Part shown: piece after piece, positions 28,269 through 37,145 of the stretch
Numbering within the stretch: position 1 is the first letter of the stretch
How the letters are laid out: each line of letters opens with the position of its first letter
From: Thermodesulfobacteriota bacterium
GTDB taxonomy: Bacteria; Desulfobacterota; BSN033; UBA1163
NCBI GenBank assembly: GCA_047519465.1
Contig: JAPVTA010000227.1
Location: 5,687-69,686, forward strand
Direction: 5' to 3'
Length of the DNA: 64,000 nt
The notes under the pieces: generated by a model
What the model saw: only the letters and a program-made list of their open reading frames with translations
The model's database searches: none
What the model was told of the DNA's origin: nothing
Program-made: the position numbers and the translations under genes

Positions 28269-29213
28269 ATGAACCGTCCATTCTCTTGGAAGACAGTTAT
28301 TCTTCTGATAGCCCTGGCCATTTTTCTGATCTTCTATCCCAAGCTGGTTGATTCCTATTTTCTCCACCTCACTGTAGCAGCCATCTTGGCGATGATTATG
28401 GCAAGCAGTTGGGATATTCTAGCAAGGACAGGACAGGTCTCGGTAGGTCAGGCCGGGCTTTTTGGGATAGGCGCTTATACAGCTGCCCTTCTGTACCAAT
28501 GGGTTCACATTCCCCCAGTGCTAGGGATGCTAGCTGGGGCAATCCTGGCTATGATCGTTGCTGTTTTCCTTGGATATCTTACCTTACGTCTCCGTGGGAT
28601 CTACTTCGCCATTACGACCATTGCGTTTGCCGAAGCCTTATCTGTGATCTGGCTAATGACCCCAGGGGTTACAGGAGGAGCGATGGGCGTTTCCACTCCT
28701 CCTCTTTTTAATGGCAATCGGGAGCACGCCTACTATCTCATTTTGCTTATCCTTGCTCTTGTTATTTTTACAGTCTGGTTGATTGAATCATCGAGGCTTA
28801 ATTTTGCTTTTACGGCGATTCGTGAGAATGAAGAGGTAGCCAATGTTATGGGCATCAATCCGACCCGGTATAAAGTTCTGGCCTTCATAATCAGCGCTTT
28901 TTTTACGGGATTTGCCGGAGGATTTTACAGTCACTATAACACCTACATCATTCCATACGAGGTATTTGGCCTGGGAATTTCTATCGCCTGTCTCGTCATA
29001 CCGATCTTTGGAGGTCTCTATACCATTGCTGGACCAATCATCGGTACAATCTTGATCAAGGCGATCGAAGAATATTTGAGGGTTACCTTTTCTTATGGAC
29101 ATCAAATTGCTTACGGTCTGATTCTGGTGGTGGTCGTATTATTTATGCCAGAAGGGGTGCTCGGACTTTGGAAGAAAAGGATTCTTCCGTTCTTTGGCCG
29201 TGTCCGGCAATAA
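28269..29213 (+). CDS. Branched-chain-amino-acid-type ABC transporter permease (LivM-like)
   Basis: Multi-TM protein with 'GQVSVGQAGLFGIGAYTAALL', typical of LivM. Confidence 0.8.
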   Translation: MNRPFSWKTVILLIALAIFLIFYPKLVDSYFLHLTVAAILAMIMASSWDILARTGQVSVGQAGLFGIGAYTAALLYQWVHIPPVLGMLAGAILAMIVAVFLGYLTLRLRGIYFAITTIAFAEALSVIWLMTPGVTGGAMGVSTPPLFNGNREHAYYLILLILALVIFTVWLIESSRLNFAFTAIRENEEVANVMGINPTRYKVLAFIISAFFTGFAGGFYSHYNTYIIPYEVFGLGISIACLVIPIFGGLYTIAGPIIGTILIKAIEEYLRVTFSYGHQIAYGLILVVVVLFMPEGVLGLWKKRILPFFGRVRQ

Positions 29214-29262
29214 CGGAAATAAGAGGAACTTTGTTGCTATTGAGAGGGAACGTTCGCGGACA

Positions 29263-30021
29263 ATGGAGAACATATCTTTACTTCAGGTAAAAAAGCTCAC
29301 CAAACATTTTGGTGGCCTTGCTGCAGTTCAGAATGTCAGTTTTGAGATTCGTCGTGGAGAGATTGTGAGCCTGATTGGCCCTAATGGTGCGGGCAAGACA
29401 ACAATCTTCAATCTTATCTCAGGGGTCTATGCCCCGGATTCGGGAGAAATTCTGCTCGACAATGAAAACCTTTTAGGCCGAAGGCCCTTTGAGGTCTGCC
29501 AGAAGGGAATCGGGCGAACTTTCCAAATTATGCAGCCCTTTCTACACATGACAGTTCTCGAAAATGTTATGACCAGTGGCTTATTCGGGAGAGTGCCGAA
29601 GATCTCTATGAGTCAAACAGAAGAGGAGAGCATAGAACTCTGCCTACTCGTGGGGTTGGGTGATAAACGAAAGGCCCTCCCAAGGAATCTTACCGTGGCA
29701 GACCAGAAGAGAATCGAAATTGCTCGGGCCCTTGCCGTCAAACCTAAACTCCTTTTGCTCGATGAAGTAATGTCCGGGCTTACTCCCATCGAAACTGGTG
29801 AGGCAATTAAGTTGGTTCGTCGACTGAGAGAAATTGGGACAACGATCTTTTTGATCGAACATGTGATGAAGGTCGTTATGGACATTTCGGATCGGGTCAT
29901 TGTCCTTCATCATGGAGAAAAGATTTCAGAGGGAACGTCTACAGAAGTGGTAAATGATCCAAAAGTAATCGAAGCCTATTTGGGAGAGCATGTAGATGAG
30001 TCAGGGGAGGCATCGTGCTAG
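29263..30021 (+). CDS. ABC transporter ATP-binding protein (LivG-like)
   Basis: Walker A 'GPNGAGKTT', signature 'LTVADQKRIEIARAL', Walker B 'LLLLDEVMSG'. Confidence 0.8.
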   Translation: MENISLLQVKKLTKHFGGLAAVQNVSFEIRRGEIVSLIGPNGAGKTTIFNLISGVYAPDSGEILLDNENLLGRRPFEVCQKGIGRTFQIMQPFLHMTVLENVMTSGLFGRVPKISMSQTEEESIELCLLVGLGDKRKALPRNLTVADQKRIEIARALAVKPKLLLLDEVMSGLTPIETGEAIKLVRRLREIGTTIFLIEHVMKVVMDISDRVIVLHHGEKISEGTSTEVVNDPKVIEAYLGEHVDESGEASC

Positions 30022-30722
30022 TTTTAGTAGAGATTGATGTCTATTATGGGAACATTCAAGCCCTATGGCAAGTGAGCCTAAGTGTAAAAGAGGGAGAAAT
30101 GATCGGGATTGTCGGATCGAATGGCGCCGGAAAATCGACGATCCTTCGAACAATCTCAGGGCTGATTACCCCCAAGAGAGGGAGTATTGAGTTCGACTCA
30201 AAACGGATTGACTCTCTTAGCCCCGACGAGATTGTCCGTCTTGGAATCTCCATGGTCCCTGAAGGGAGAGAGCTTTTCCCGAGAATGAGCGTCCTTGAAA
30301 ACCTTGAACTGGGGGCGGCTTATATCAATAGGGCCTACACTCAAACAAAGGAGTCTTTAGAGTGGGTCCATTCTCTTTTCCCTATTCTTCAGGAAAGATC
30401 GAAGCAACTTGCAGGAACCCTTAGTGGCGGGGAGCAACAGATGGTTGCTATTGGAAGGGCCCTGATGTCTCGACCTAAGATTCTTATGCTCGATGAACCA
30501 TCTTTAGGATTAGCCCCCCTTATGGTCACCGAAGTGTTTAAAACAACCGCCAAAGTCAGTCATGAGGGAGTAACGATCCTTTTGGTCGAGCAAAATGTAA
30601 GGCAGAGTCTAAAGATGGCACACCGTGCATATGTCCTTGAGAATGGTCGAGTCGTTATGGAAGGGATGGGAAGGGACCTGATGATCAATAAGCATGTGAA
30701 GGAAGCCTACTTAGGACTATAA
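30015..30722 (+). CDS. ABC transporter ATP-binding protein (LivF-like)
   Basis: 'GSNGAGKST', 'LSGGEQQMVAIGRAL' and 'ILMLDEPS'. Confidence 0.8.
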   Translation: MLVLVEIDVYYGNIQALWQVSLSVKEGEMIGIVGSNGAGKSTILRTISGLITPKRGSIEFDSKRIDSLSPDEIVRLGISMVPEGRELFPRMSVLENLELGAAYINRAYTQTKESLEWVHSLFPILQERSKQLAGTLSGGEQQMVAIGRALMSRPKILMLDEPSLGLAPLMVTEVFKTTAKVSHEGVTILLVEQNVRQSLKMAHRAYVLENGRVVMEGMGRDLMINKHVKEAYLGL

Positions 30723-30750
30723 TTCTTTTTATCTTTTGAGGAGGTTTGCA

Positions 30751-32019
30751 ATGGAGAAGACCAGTCGGATTTCGGGATTTCATAAAATGGGCTTGGATGA
30801 GAGGCTGAAGATCGTTCAAGCCTTCTCTGACTTAAAAGAAGAAGATCTCAAGATCTTGACGAAAGAGGGGGCTCTCAATTTTGAGACAGCCAACCGCATG
30901 ATTGAGAATGTAATCGGAACCATCCAGCTCCCGATCGGAATTGCCACAAATTTTCTAATCAACGGGAAGGAATACCTCATCCCAATGGCCATCGAGGAAC
31001 CTTCTGTTGTCGCTGCAGCAAGCAATGCTGCCAGATTCGCAAGAAGTGGTGGAGGATTTTTTGTGACGAATACTGGTCCTGTTATGATAGCACAGATTCA
31101 GTTGGTCCACATCCCCAGTGCCCATGCCACACGGATCGCCCTTTTTGAAAGGAAAGAGGAAATCTTGGAGGTGGCAAATGCTCAGGATCCAATGCTGGTC
31201 AACGTTGGAGGAGGTGCAAAAGATGTTGAGATCAGGGTCCTCGATACACCTCTTGGTGAAATGGTGATCATCCACCTAATCGTCGATACCCGGGATGCCA
31301 TGGGCGCCAATGCAGTCAACACCATGGCCGAGGCATTAGCTCCCTTCATTGAGGAATGGACAGGAGGAAGGGTCTATTTAAGAATCCTTTCCAACCTTGC
31401 GGATAGAAGGCTAGTCAGAGCTAGGACAAAGGTAACAAAAGAGGCTTTGGGTGGGGAGGATGCCGTTGACGGCATCGTTTATGCGCAGAGTTTTGCCGAG
31501 GCTGATCCGTACCGTGCAGCAACTCATAATAAAGGCATCATGAATGGAGTTATTGCGATTGTCATTGCTACTGGAAATGATACCCGCGCTATCGAGGCAG
31601 GAGCTCATACGTATGCCGCAAGGTCAGGTCAATATAGCCCACTGACGACCTGGGAGAAAGATGCTGATGGAAATCTTGTAGGAACCCTAGAACTTCCCAT
31701 GGCTGTGGGACTGGTCGGTGGGGCAACGAAGGTGAATCCAGTCTCACAAGTAGCAGTTAGGATACTCGGTGTGAAATCAGCTATAGAATTAGGAGAGATC
31801 GTTGGCGCAGTAGGACTGGCTCAAAACCTAGCAGCCCTAAGAGTTTTGGCTACTGAGGGGGTTCAAAGGGGGCATATGTCACTTCATGCTAAAAACATCG
31901 CTGCGATGGCCGGTGCAACAGGGACGCTCATTGATGAAGTGGCCAAAAGGCTAGTCGAAGAGAAAAAGGTCAGGGTGGATCGGGCCAAAGAGATTTTAAA
32001 AGAATCGAAGAAAGGTTAA
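30751..32019 (+). CDS. mvaA: Hydroxymethylglutaryl-CoA reductase, class II (NAD(P)-dependent; degradative MvaA-like)
   Basis: 'ENVIGTIQLPIGIATNFLINGKEYLIPMAIEEPSVVAA' and 'DTRDAMGAN' are class II HMGR signatures; ~423 aa. Confidence 0.8.
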   Translation: MEKTSRISGFHKMGLDERLKIVQAFSDLKEEDLKILTKEGALNFETANRMIENVIGTIQLPIGIATNFLINGKEYLIPMAIEEPSVVAAASNAARFARSGGGFFVTNTGPVMIAQIQLVHIPSAHATRIALFERKEEILEVANAQDPMLVNVGGGAKDVEIRVLDTPLGEMVIIHLIVDTRDAMGANAVNTMAEALAPFIEEWTGGRVYLRILSNLADRRLVRARTKVTKEALGGEDAVDGIVYAQSFAEADPYRAATHNKGIMNGVIAIVIATGNDTRAIEAGAHTYAARSGQYSPLTTWEKDADGNLVGTLELPMAVGLVGGATKVNPVSQVAVRILGVKSAIELGEIVGAVGLAQNLAALRVLATEGVQRGHMSLHAKNIAAMAGATGTLIDEVAKRLVEEKKVRVDRAKEILKESKKG

Positions 32020-32026
32020 GAAACAA

Positions 32027-32941
32027 ATGGACCTTCCCAAATCAGTCACTATCGTTGAAGTTGGCCCGCGTGACGGACTTCAAAACGAGGCCAATTTCGT
32101 GCCAACTGAGCATAAGATTGAGTTAATCAATCGTTTATCAGAAACTGGACTAAGACGCATTGAAATTACATCCTTTGTTCATCCCAAAGCGATCCCTCAG
32201 CTTCAGGATTCGGAGGAGATAGTAAAAAGAATTGAACGGAAACCCGGTATTATTTACTCTACCCTTGTTCCGAACGAGAAGGGTTTACAAAGAGCTTTAG
32301 CTGCTGAAGTTGAAGAGATTGCTCTCTTCGTTTCTGCGTCGGAGACGCACAATCAAAAAAATGTAAAAATGTCCATCAGCGACTCACTGAAAGGATTTCG
32401 AAATATCGCTGAAAAGGCACTTACTCACGGAATCCGGATGAGAGGATACGTCGTGACAGCTTTCGGGTGTCCTTATGAGGGGAGGATAAATCCTGAAAAG
32501 GTAGAGTCCATTGTAGATGAATATAGGACTTTAGGTGTTCATGAAATTGCATTAGGGGATACAACTGGAATGGCTAATCCCGTTCAGGTGAGTCGAATGG
32601 TGAGCAGAATTCTTCGGCGATTGGATGGAAAGACTAGCCTTGCCCTTCATTTTCATGATACTCGCGGTGCTGCCCTGGCAAATATTTTGTCAGCTCTCCA
32701 AGAGGGAGTTGTGATTTTTGATGGCTCCATCGGAGGTTTGGGTGGATGCCCTTATGCTCCAGGGGCCTCTGGGAATGTTGCAACAGAGGATCTGGTGAAC
32801 ATGTTAGAAGAAATGGGAATCGAAACAGGTATTGATCTCAACAGATTGATCGGTTGTGCTAGGTACGCCAGAACAATCATCCAAAAAGACCTTCCAAGTC
32901 ATCTCCTCAGCTCAGGAACAATTTGCTGGGAAGGGACTTAA
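32027..32941 (+). CDS. mvaB: Hydroxymethylglutaryl-CoA lyase
   Basis: 'VTIVEVGPRDGLQNE' is the N-terminal HMGL motif; later 'HFHDTRG' and 'GGLGGCPYA' are present. Confidence 0.8.
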   Translation: MDLPKSVTIVEVGPRDGLQNEANFVPTEHKIELINRLSETGLRRIEITSFVHPKAIPQLQDSEEIVKRIERKPGIIYSTLVPNEKGLQRALAAEVEEIALFVSASETHNQKNVKMSISDSLKGFRNIAEKALTHGIRMRGYVVTAFGCPYEGRINPEKVESIVDEYRTLGVHEIALGDTTGMANPVQVSRMVSRILRRLDGKTSLALHFHDTRGAALANILSALQEGVVIFDGSIGGLGGCPYAPGASGNVATEDLVNMLEEMGIETGIDLNRLIGCARYARTIIQKDLPSHLLSSGTICWEGT

Positions 32942-33546
32942 ATTTCCTTTCTTTCAGATTGTGGTCCTCCCTGTATTTAAGTTTTTCATTGTCACTAAAA
33001 AAGAAAGGGAATTTTTCTATCAGGGATTGACAATCCACAAGCGAGTGAAAGCGAAAACCGGAGGGGAAGAGGAGAAATCTATAGACTGCGAATTACGATA
33101 TCGAAGGAGTTTCGATATCTGCTATAAACACTCCTTTTTCGATACCTCAGGAAAGTTACGGTTGGGTATTCATATATTCAATGTAGACTAGATGAAAGAA
33201 AGCCGAAAATTTGCTTACTCTGGAAGCATCAGGCATGCTTTCGCTCTGATAATCCTAAACTGCTGAGCCTTGGAATATCTGAACATTGGTAGAGTATGCA
33301 TCAAAGTCTAATTTTCATTTTCCCTTTGTCCGAGGAATTTTCTTATGCATTACACTTAAACCGTTTCTTGAAGGATTCATTGATCAGGTTGGTTATAGAT
33401 CCAAAAAAGATCTGCTGGTCGCAAGAGGGAGTTTGGTCAGAAAGCTATTTATTCAAGTATAAGTGTACACGGTGCCTTAAGGACTGAATCAAAGAGTTGA
33501 TTCATGATTGATTTTCAGGGAAAGGAAGATTGGGGGATCTACCTGG

Positions 33547-33565
33547 TGTCCATAAAGTGTCCATC
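33547..33565 (+). promoter_or_regulatory. 19-bp motif TGTCCATAAAGTGTCCATC, right copy (pair with 11012-11030)
   Basis: See left copy; this one lies ~145 bp inside attR. Confidence 0.35.
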
Positions 33566-33707
33566 GGGCAGTAAAATTGGTATCTTTTGGTCACAAGTGA
33601 GTCACTTTTTTAAATCAATTGTTAAGGGGTTGTTTAATTGTGAAATCGACAGATTACCTTTGATTTTTGAGGCTTAGGCTCAGATTTCATGGAAGATCAG
33701 AGGAGCA

Positions 33708-33752
33708 CTCATAACCCGAAGGTCGCTAGTTCAAATCTAGCCCCCGCTACCA
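33708..33752 (+). repeat. attR: 45-bp direct repeat of the tRNA-fMet 3' half, from the anticodon loop to CCA
   Basis: Identical to 10918-10962. The next ~20 bp (A-CA-TCAAGGGGTTGCG) also resemble the sequence following the genuine tRNA. Confidence 0.8.
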
Positions 33753-33773
33753 AGCATTTCAAGGGGTTGCGCA

Positions 33774-34280
33774 TTATGCGTAACCCTTTTTTTTGGAACT
33801 GCTACTGCTTTTGCTACTGCCATTTTTTGCCACCTCCCTGGTCCGGGCAGGTAACGCCCCAGCAAGGAGGCTCGCCTGCTTCCGCAGAAACTCCTGGTCG
33901 TCCCCGAAAAGGTGACCGTAAACATCCAGAGTAAAAGCCACGGAAGAATGCCCCATTTGAAACTGGCTGCCCCAGACCGTGCGCCGCACAGACAACTGTC
34001 TTGTCGCGGGTTGAAAATCGGGCCACTGCAAGCCCCACAATTCACCGGCCCGTACCCCGGTCATGATCGCCGTCCGAAAAGCCGTCTGATAATGCTTCTC
34101 CGTATTGTCGACCAATTGACTTAATTCGGCCGGCGTTAGAATATCAATCTCATGGTGACGGTTCCTGGGCCGCTGCAATTCCGCAGCCGGATCTGTCTTG
34201 AGATAACCCCATCGCGTTGCCACCCGGAACATCATCTTGAGAAGTGCAATCTGGTTGATAGCCGTCTCGGGCGCGGCCAC
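33774..34280 (-). pseudogene. Integrase remnant (tyrosine recombinase C-terminal fragment with internal deletion)
   Basis: Contains 'AFRTAIMTGVRAGELWGLQWPDF' (start of the catalytic domain) joined almost directly to 'MGHSSVAFTLDVYGHLFG' (the terminal Tyr region). The HxxR-containing middle is missing. It occupies the same position relative to attR as int does to attL. Confidence 0.55.
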
Positions 34281-34472
34281 CTGCCTCGTCCGCTCCGAAG
34301 CGAACTCGACAAGCTCCGGGGTCGTAATATCGCTTAAAGGCTTGTTGCCGAATTTAGTCTCCAGAAAGCACCTGATGATGTTCTTGTAGCGGCTCTTTCA
34401 ACGAAAAACGCGGAGTGCTTTTCACTTGACAAATTTTTTTAAATTTAGTAATAGAAGAATGAGCGTTCATTC

Positions 34473-35114
34473 ATGAAACCACAGCTGGAAGAGCGAAAGG
34501 TTGAAACAGCGATTAGGGATGAGTCCCTTGTGAGAAAAAAAAGGGAGGAGATCATCCTAGCTGCCAGTAAAGTATTTACAGAAAAGGGATTCCATCAAGC
34601 GACGATCAGGGATATTTCCAAAGCTTCGGGTCTGGGTCCAGGGACAATCTACAATTATGTTGAGAAGAAAGAGGATATCCTATATCTCATTTATAATAAA
34701 CTGACGACGATGCTTACCAAAAGCCTCATGGAGACCATTGAAAATAATAATGATCCTTTAGAGCAATTGAGAGAAGCCTTAAAAAAAACAATTGAAATTG
34801 TATGGGATAATCAAGATTTGATCCTTTTAATGTATCAAGAGACAGCAGCCTTGGACAAAGAATCCATGTGCACTGTTCTTAGTCGAGAAAGCGATTATGT
34901 CACTCTAATGGAGAAGATCCTTGAGAAGGGGAGGAAAAAGGGGGTTATTCGAAACAAGAATACCCGAATTGCCGCTGATATAATCGTTTATCTTCTAGCA
35001 TTTGTTCCCTTGAGGAGATGGAATCTTAAAAAGAGATTCAATGAGAAGCAGATTAAATCTGGACTCGTCGACTTTATTCTAAAGGCTCTATGTATTCGTC
35101 CAAGAAAAAAGTAA
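34473..35114 (+). CDS. TetR/AcrR-family transcriptional regulator
   Basis: 'EEIILAASKVFTEKGFHQATIRDISKASGLGPGTIYNYVEKKEDILY' is a TetR HTH. Confidence 0.8.
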   Translation: MKPQLEERKVETAIRDESLVRKKREEIILAASKVFTEKGFHQATIRDISKASGLGPGTIYNYVEKKEDILYLIYNKLTTMLTKSLMETIENNNDPLEQLREALKKTIEIVWDNQDLILLMYQETAALDKESMCTVLSRESDYVTLMEKILEKGRKKGVIRNKNTRIAADIIVYLLAFVPLRRWNLKKRFNEKQIKSGLVDFILKALCIRPRKK

Positions 35115-35178
35115 GTCATTTTCCCACTGTTAAATTCTTATATTTCAAGAAATTGATCCTATTCATCAAGAGGATTAG

Positions 35179-36138
35179 GTGATGGTGGAGAATGAAATCC
35201 TGTTGAAGATGTTCTACTTAATGGTAGAGATTAGACGTGTTGAGGAACGCCTCCTCGATATTTTTGCTAAAGGAAAGATTCCTGGATTCATCCACGTGAG
35301 CATTGGCCAAGAGGCGATTCCGGTGGGGGTCTGTTCTTGCCTGAGGGAGGTTGATTATGTTTCAACCACCCACAGAGGACATGGACAGGCTTTGGCTAAG
35401 GGAATCGATCTAAAAAGGTTTATGGCAGAGATCTATGGCCGCCGAGATGGTTATTGCAAAGGAAAAGCGGGGTCTATGCATATTGCGTGCAAAGAGGTTG
35501 GCATCATCGGTTCAAACGGAATTGTTGGTGGTGGCATTCCGATTTCGTTGGGGACTGCGTTTGCGTCGATGTATAAGAACGAGGATAGGGTGACGGTCTG
35601 TTTCTTTGGAGATGGTGCAACAAATCAAGGAACTTTTCATGAATCCCTTAATTTAGCTGCCCTTTGGAATCTTCCAATAGTCTTCTGTTGTGAAAATAAC
35701 GGTTGGGCGGAATTTACTCCGCAGAAGGTCCACATGAAGATTGCAGATATTAGCAAGAGGGCCGAATCATACGGGATATTTGGCGCAATGGTGGATGGAG
35801 ATGACGTCATAAAAGTTCGAGAGGAAGCGCAGAAGGCTATTAACCAGGCTCGCAAGGGCAAAGGACCAACTTTGTTGGAATGTAAGACGCACCGCTGGTT
35901 CGGTCATTTCGCAGGAGATGCACAGAAATATCGATCTCCAAAGGAAATCGAAGAGGCACGACAATTCGATCCGATCCTTAAATTTCAGAAGTTTCTCTTT
36001 GACTCGAAATACCTTAATCCAAGAGGTGTTAAGGAGATTGAGGAACGGATCAAATCAGAGATCGATGAAGCTGTTGCTTTTGCTGAGAACAGCCCTATTC
36101 CAGGTTCTGAAATACTCTTAGAAGATGTCTATACATAG
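35179..36138 (+). CDS. 2-oxoacid (pyruvate/acetoin-type) dehydrogenase E1 component, alpha subunit (TPP-dependent)
   Basis: TPP-binding 'GDGATNQGTFHESLNLAALWNLPIVFCCENNGWA'. Confidence 0.8.
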   Translation: MMVENEILLKMFYLMVEIRRVEERLLDIFAKGKIPGFIHVSIGQEAIPVGVCSCLREVDYVSTTHRGHGQALAKGIDLKRFMAEIYGRRDGYCKGKAGSMHIACKEVGIIGSNGIVGGGIPISLGTAFASMYKNEDRVTVCFFGDGATNQGTFHESLNLAALWNLPIVFCCENNGWAEFTPQKVHMKIADISKRAESYGIFGAMVDGDDVIKVREEAQKAINQARKGKGPTLLECKTHRWFGHFAGDAQKYRSPKEIEEARQFDPILKFQKFLFDSKYLNPRGVKEIEERIKSEIDEAVAFAENSPIPGSEILLEDVYT

Positions 36139-36159
36139 GTTTCGAAAAGGAATTTAACA

Positions 36160-37131
36160 ATGAAAGAAATCCGATACATCAGGGCGATTACGGAGGCTCT
36201 GAGGGAGGAGATGGCAAGGGATGAGTCGGTCTTCATTATTGGCGAAGATGTGGGAGCGCCGGGCGGGTCTTTCAGCGCCACACGGGGACTATTAGAGGAA
36301 TTCGGCAGAGGACGAGTGAAGGATACGCCCATCAGTGAGTCGGCGATCGTTGGGCTTGCATCAGGGGCTGCAGCTCAGGGGCTTAGACCAGTTGTTGAGA
36401 TCATGTTCATGGATTTCTTAACGGTTTGTATGGATCAAATTGCGAATCAACTGGCCAAGATGAAGTATATGTTCGGAGGACAGTATCGGTTGCCAGTAGT
36501 CATTCGCACCCCTTGCGGAGGCGGCCTTAATGCAGGCCCTCAGCATTCTCAATGTCTCGAATCATGGTTCTGCCATATTCCAGGTTTAAAAGTCGTGATG
36601 CCCGCAACGCCCTATGATGTGAAGGGTTTGCTCAAGGCGGCAATAAGAGATGATAATCCTATCCTCTTTGTCGAAAATAAAGCCCTCTATGGGTCGACAG
36701 GGGAAGTGCCAGAGGAAGAATACGTTGTAGCGATAGGAAAGGCCGATGTGAAAAAGGAAGGTCGACATGTGAGTGTCATTGCTGTCTCTCGCATGGTCCC
36801 CCAATCTTTGGAAGCAGCACAGATTCTATTAAAGGAAGGGATTGATATAGAGGTCATTGATTTAAGGACAGTTAGTCCTTTAGACAAAGAAACTATATTT
36901 AGGTCAGTTGAGAAAACGTCGAAATTGGTGATTGCCCATGAAGCGGTGAAAGCATTTGGTATTGGGGCGGAGATCGCCGCGATGGTTTGTGAGGAAATGA
37001 TCGATTGTCTGGATGGACCCATCATCAGAGTAGGAGCCCCTTATACTCCAATTCCGTACAATCTGGAAGGAGCCTATCTCCCCAATTCGGGGGACGTGAT
37101 AACAGCTGTCAGGAAGGTACTCGAATACTGA
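36160..37131 (+). CDS. 2-oxoacid dehydrogenase E1 component, beta subunit
   Basis: 'ITEALREEMARDESVFIIGEDVG' with a transketolase-like pyrimidine-binding domain and C-terminal domain. Confidence 0.8.
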   Translation: MKEIRYIRAITEALREEMARDESVFIIGEDVGAPGGSFSATRGLLEEFGRGRVKDTPISESAIVGLASGAAAQGLRPVVEIMFMDFLTVCMDQIANQLAKMKYMFGGQYRLPVVIRTPCGGGLNAGPQHSQCLESWFCHIPGLKVVMPATPYDVKGLLKAAIRDDNPILFVENKALYGSTGEVPEEEYVVAIGKADVKKEGRHVSVIAVSRMVPQSLEAAQILLKEGIDIEVIDLRTVSPLDKETIFRSVEKTSKLVIAHEAVKAFGIGAEIAAMVCEEMIDCLDGPIIRVGAPYTPIPYNLEGAYLPNSGDVITAVRKVLEY

Positions 37132-37145
37132 AATCAGGAGTGAAG

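Noticed and set aside
33689-33934. 81-aa ORF 'MEDQRSTHNPKVASSNLAPATK...' and the tRNA-like sequence at 33706-33752
   Set aside because: The ORF is a translation straight through the 45-bp tRNA 3' half-copy (attR). The tRNA-like segment lacks the acceptor 5' strand and the D-arm, so it is an att repeat and not a second tRNA gene.
37005-37145. N-terminal 47-aa extension of the alcohol dehydrogenase ORF overlapping the E1-beta gene
   Set aside because: The extension is Ser/Arg-rich with no Rossmann or GroES-like sequence. A good RBS (AGGAG) precedes the internal Met at 37146, which begins the canonical 'MKAAVWHGKGD' ADH N-terminus.
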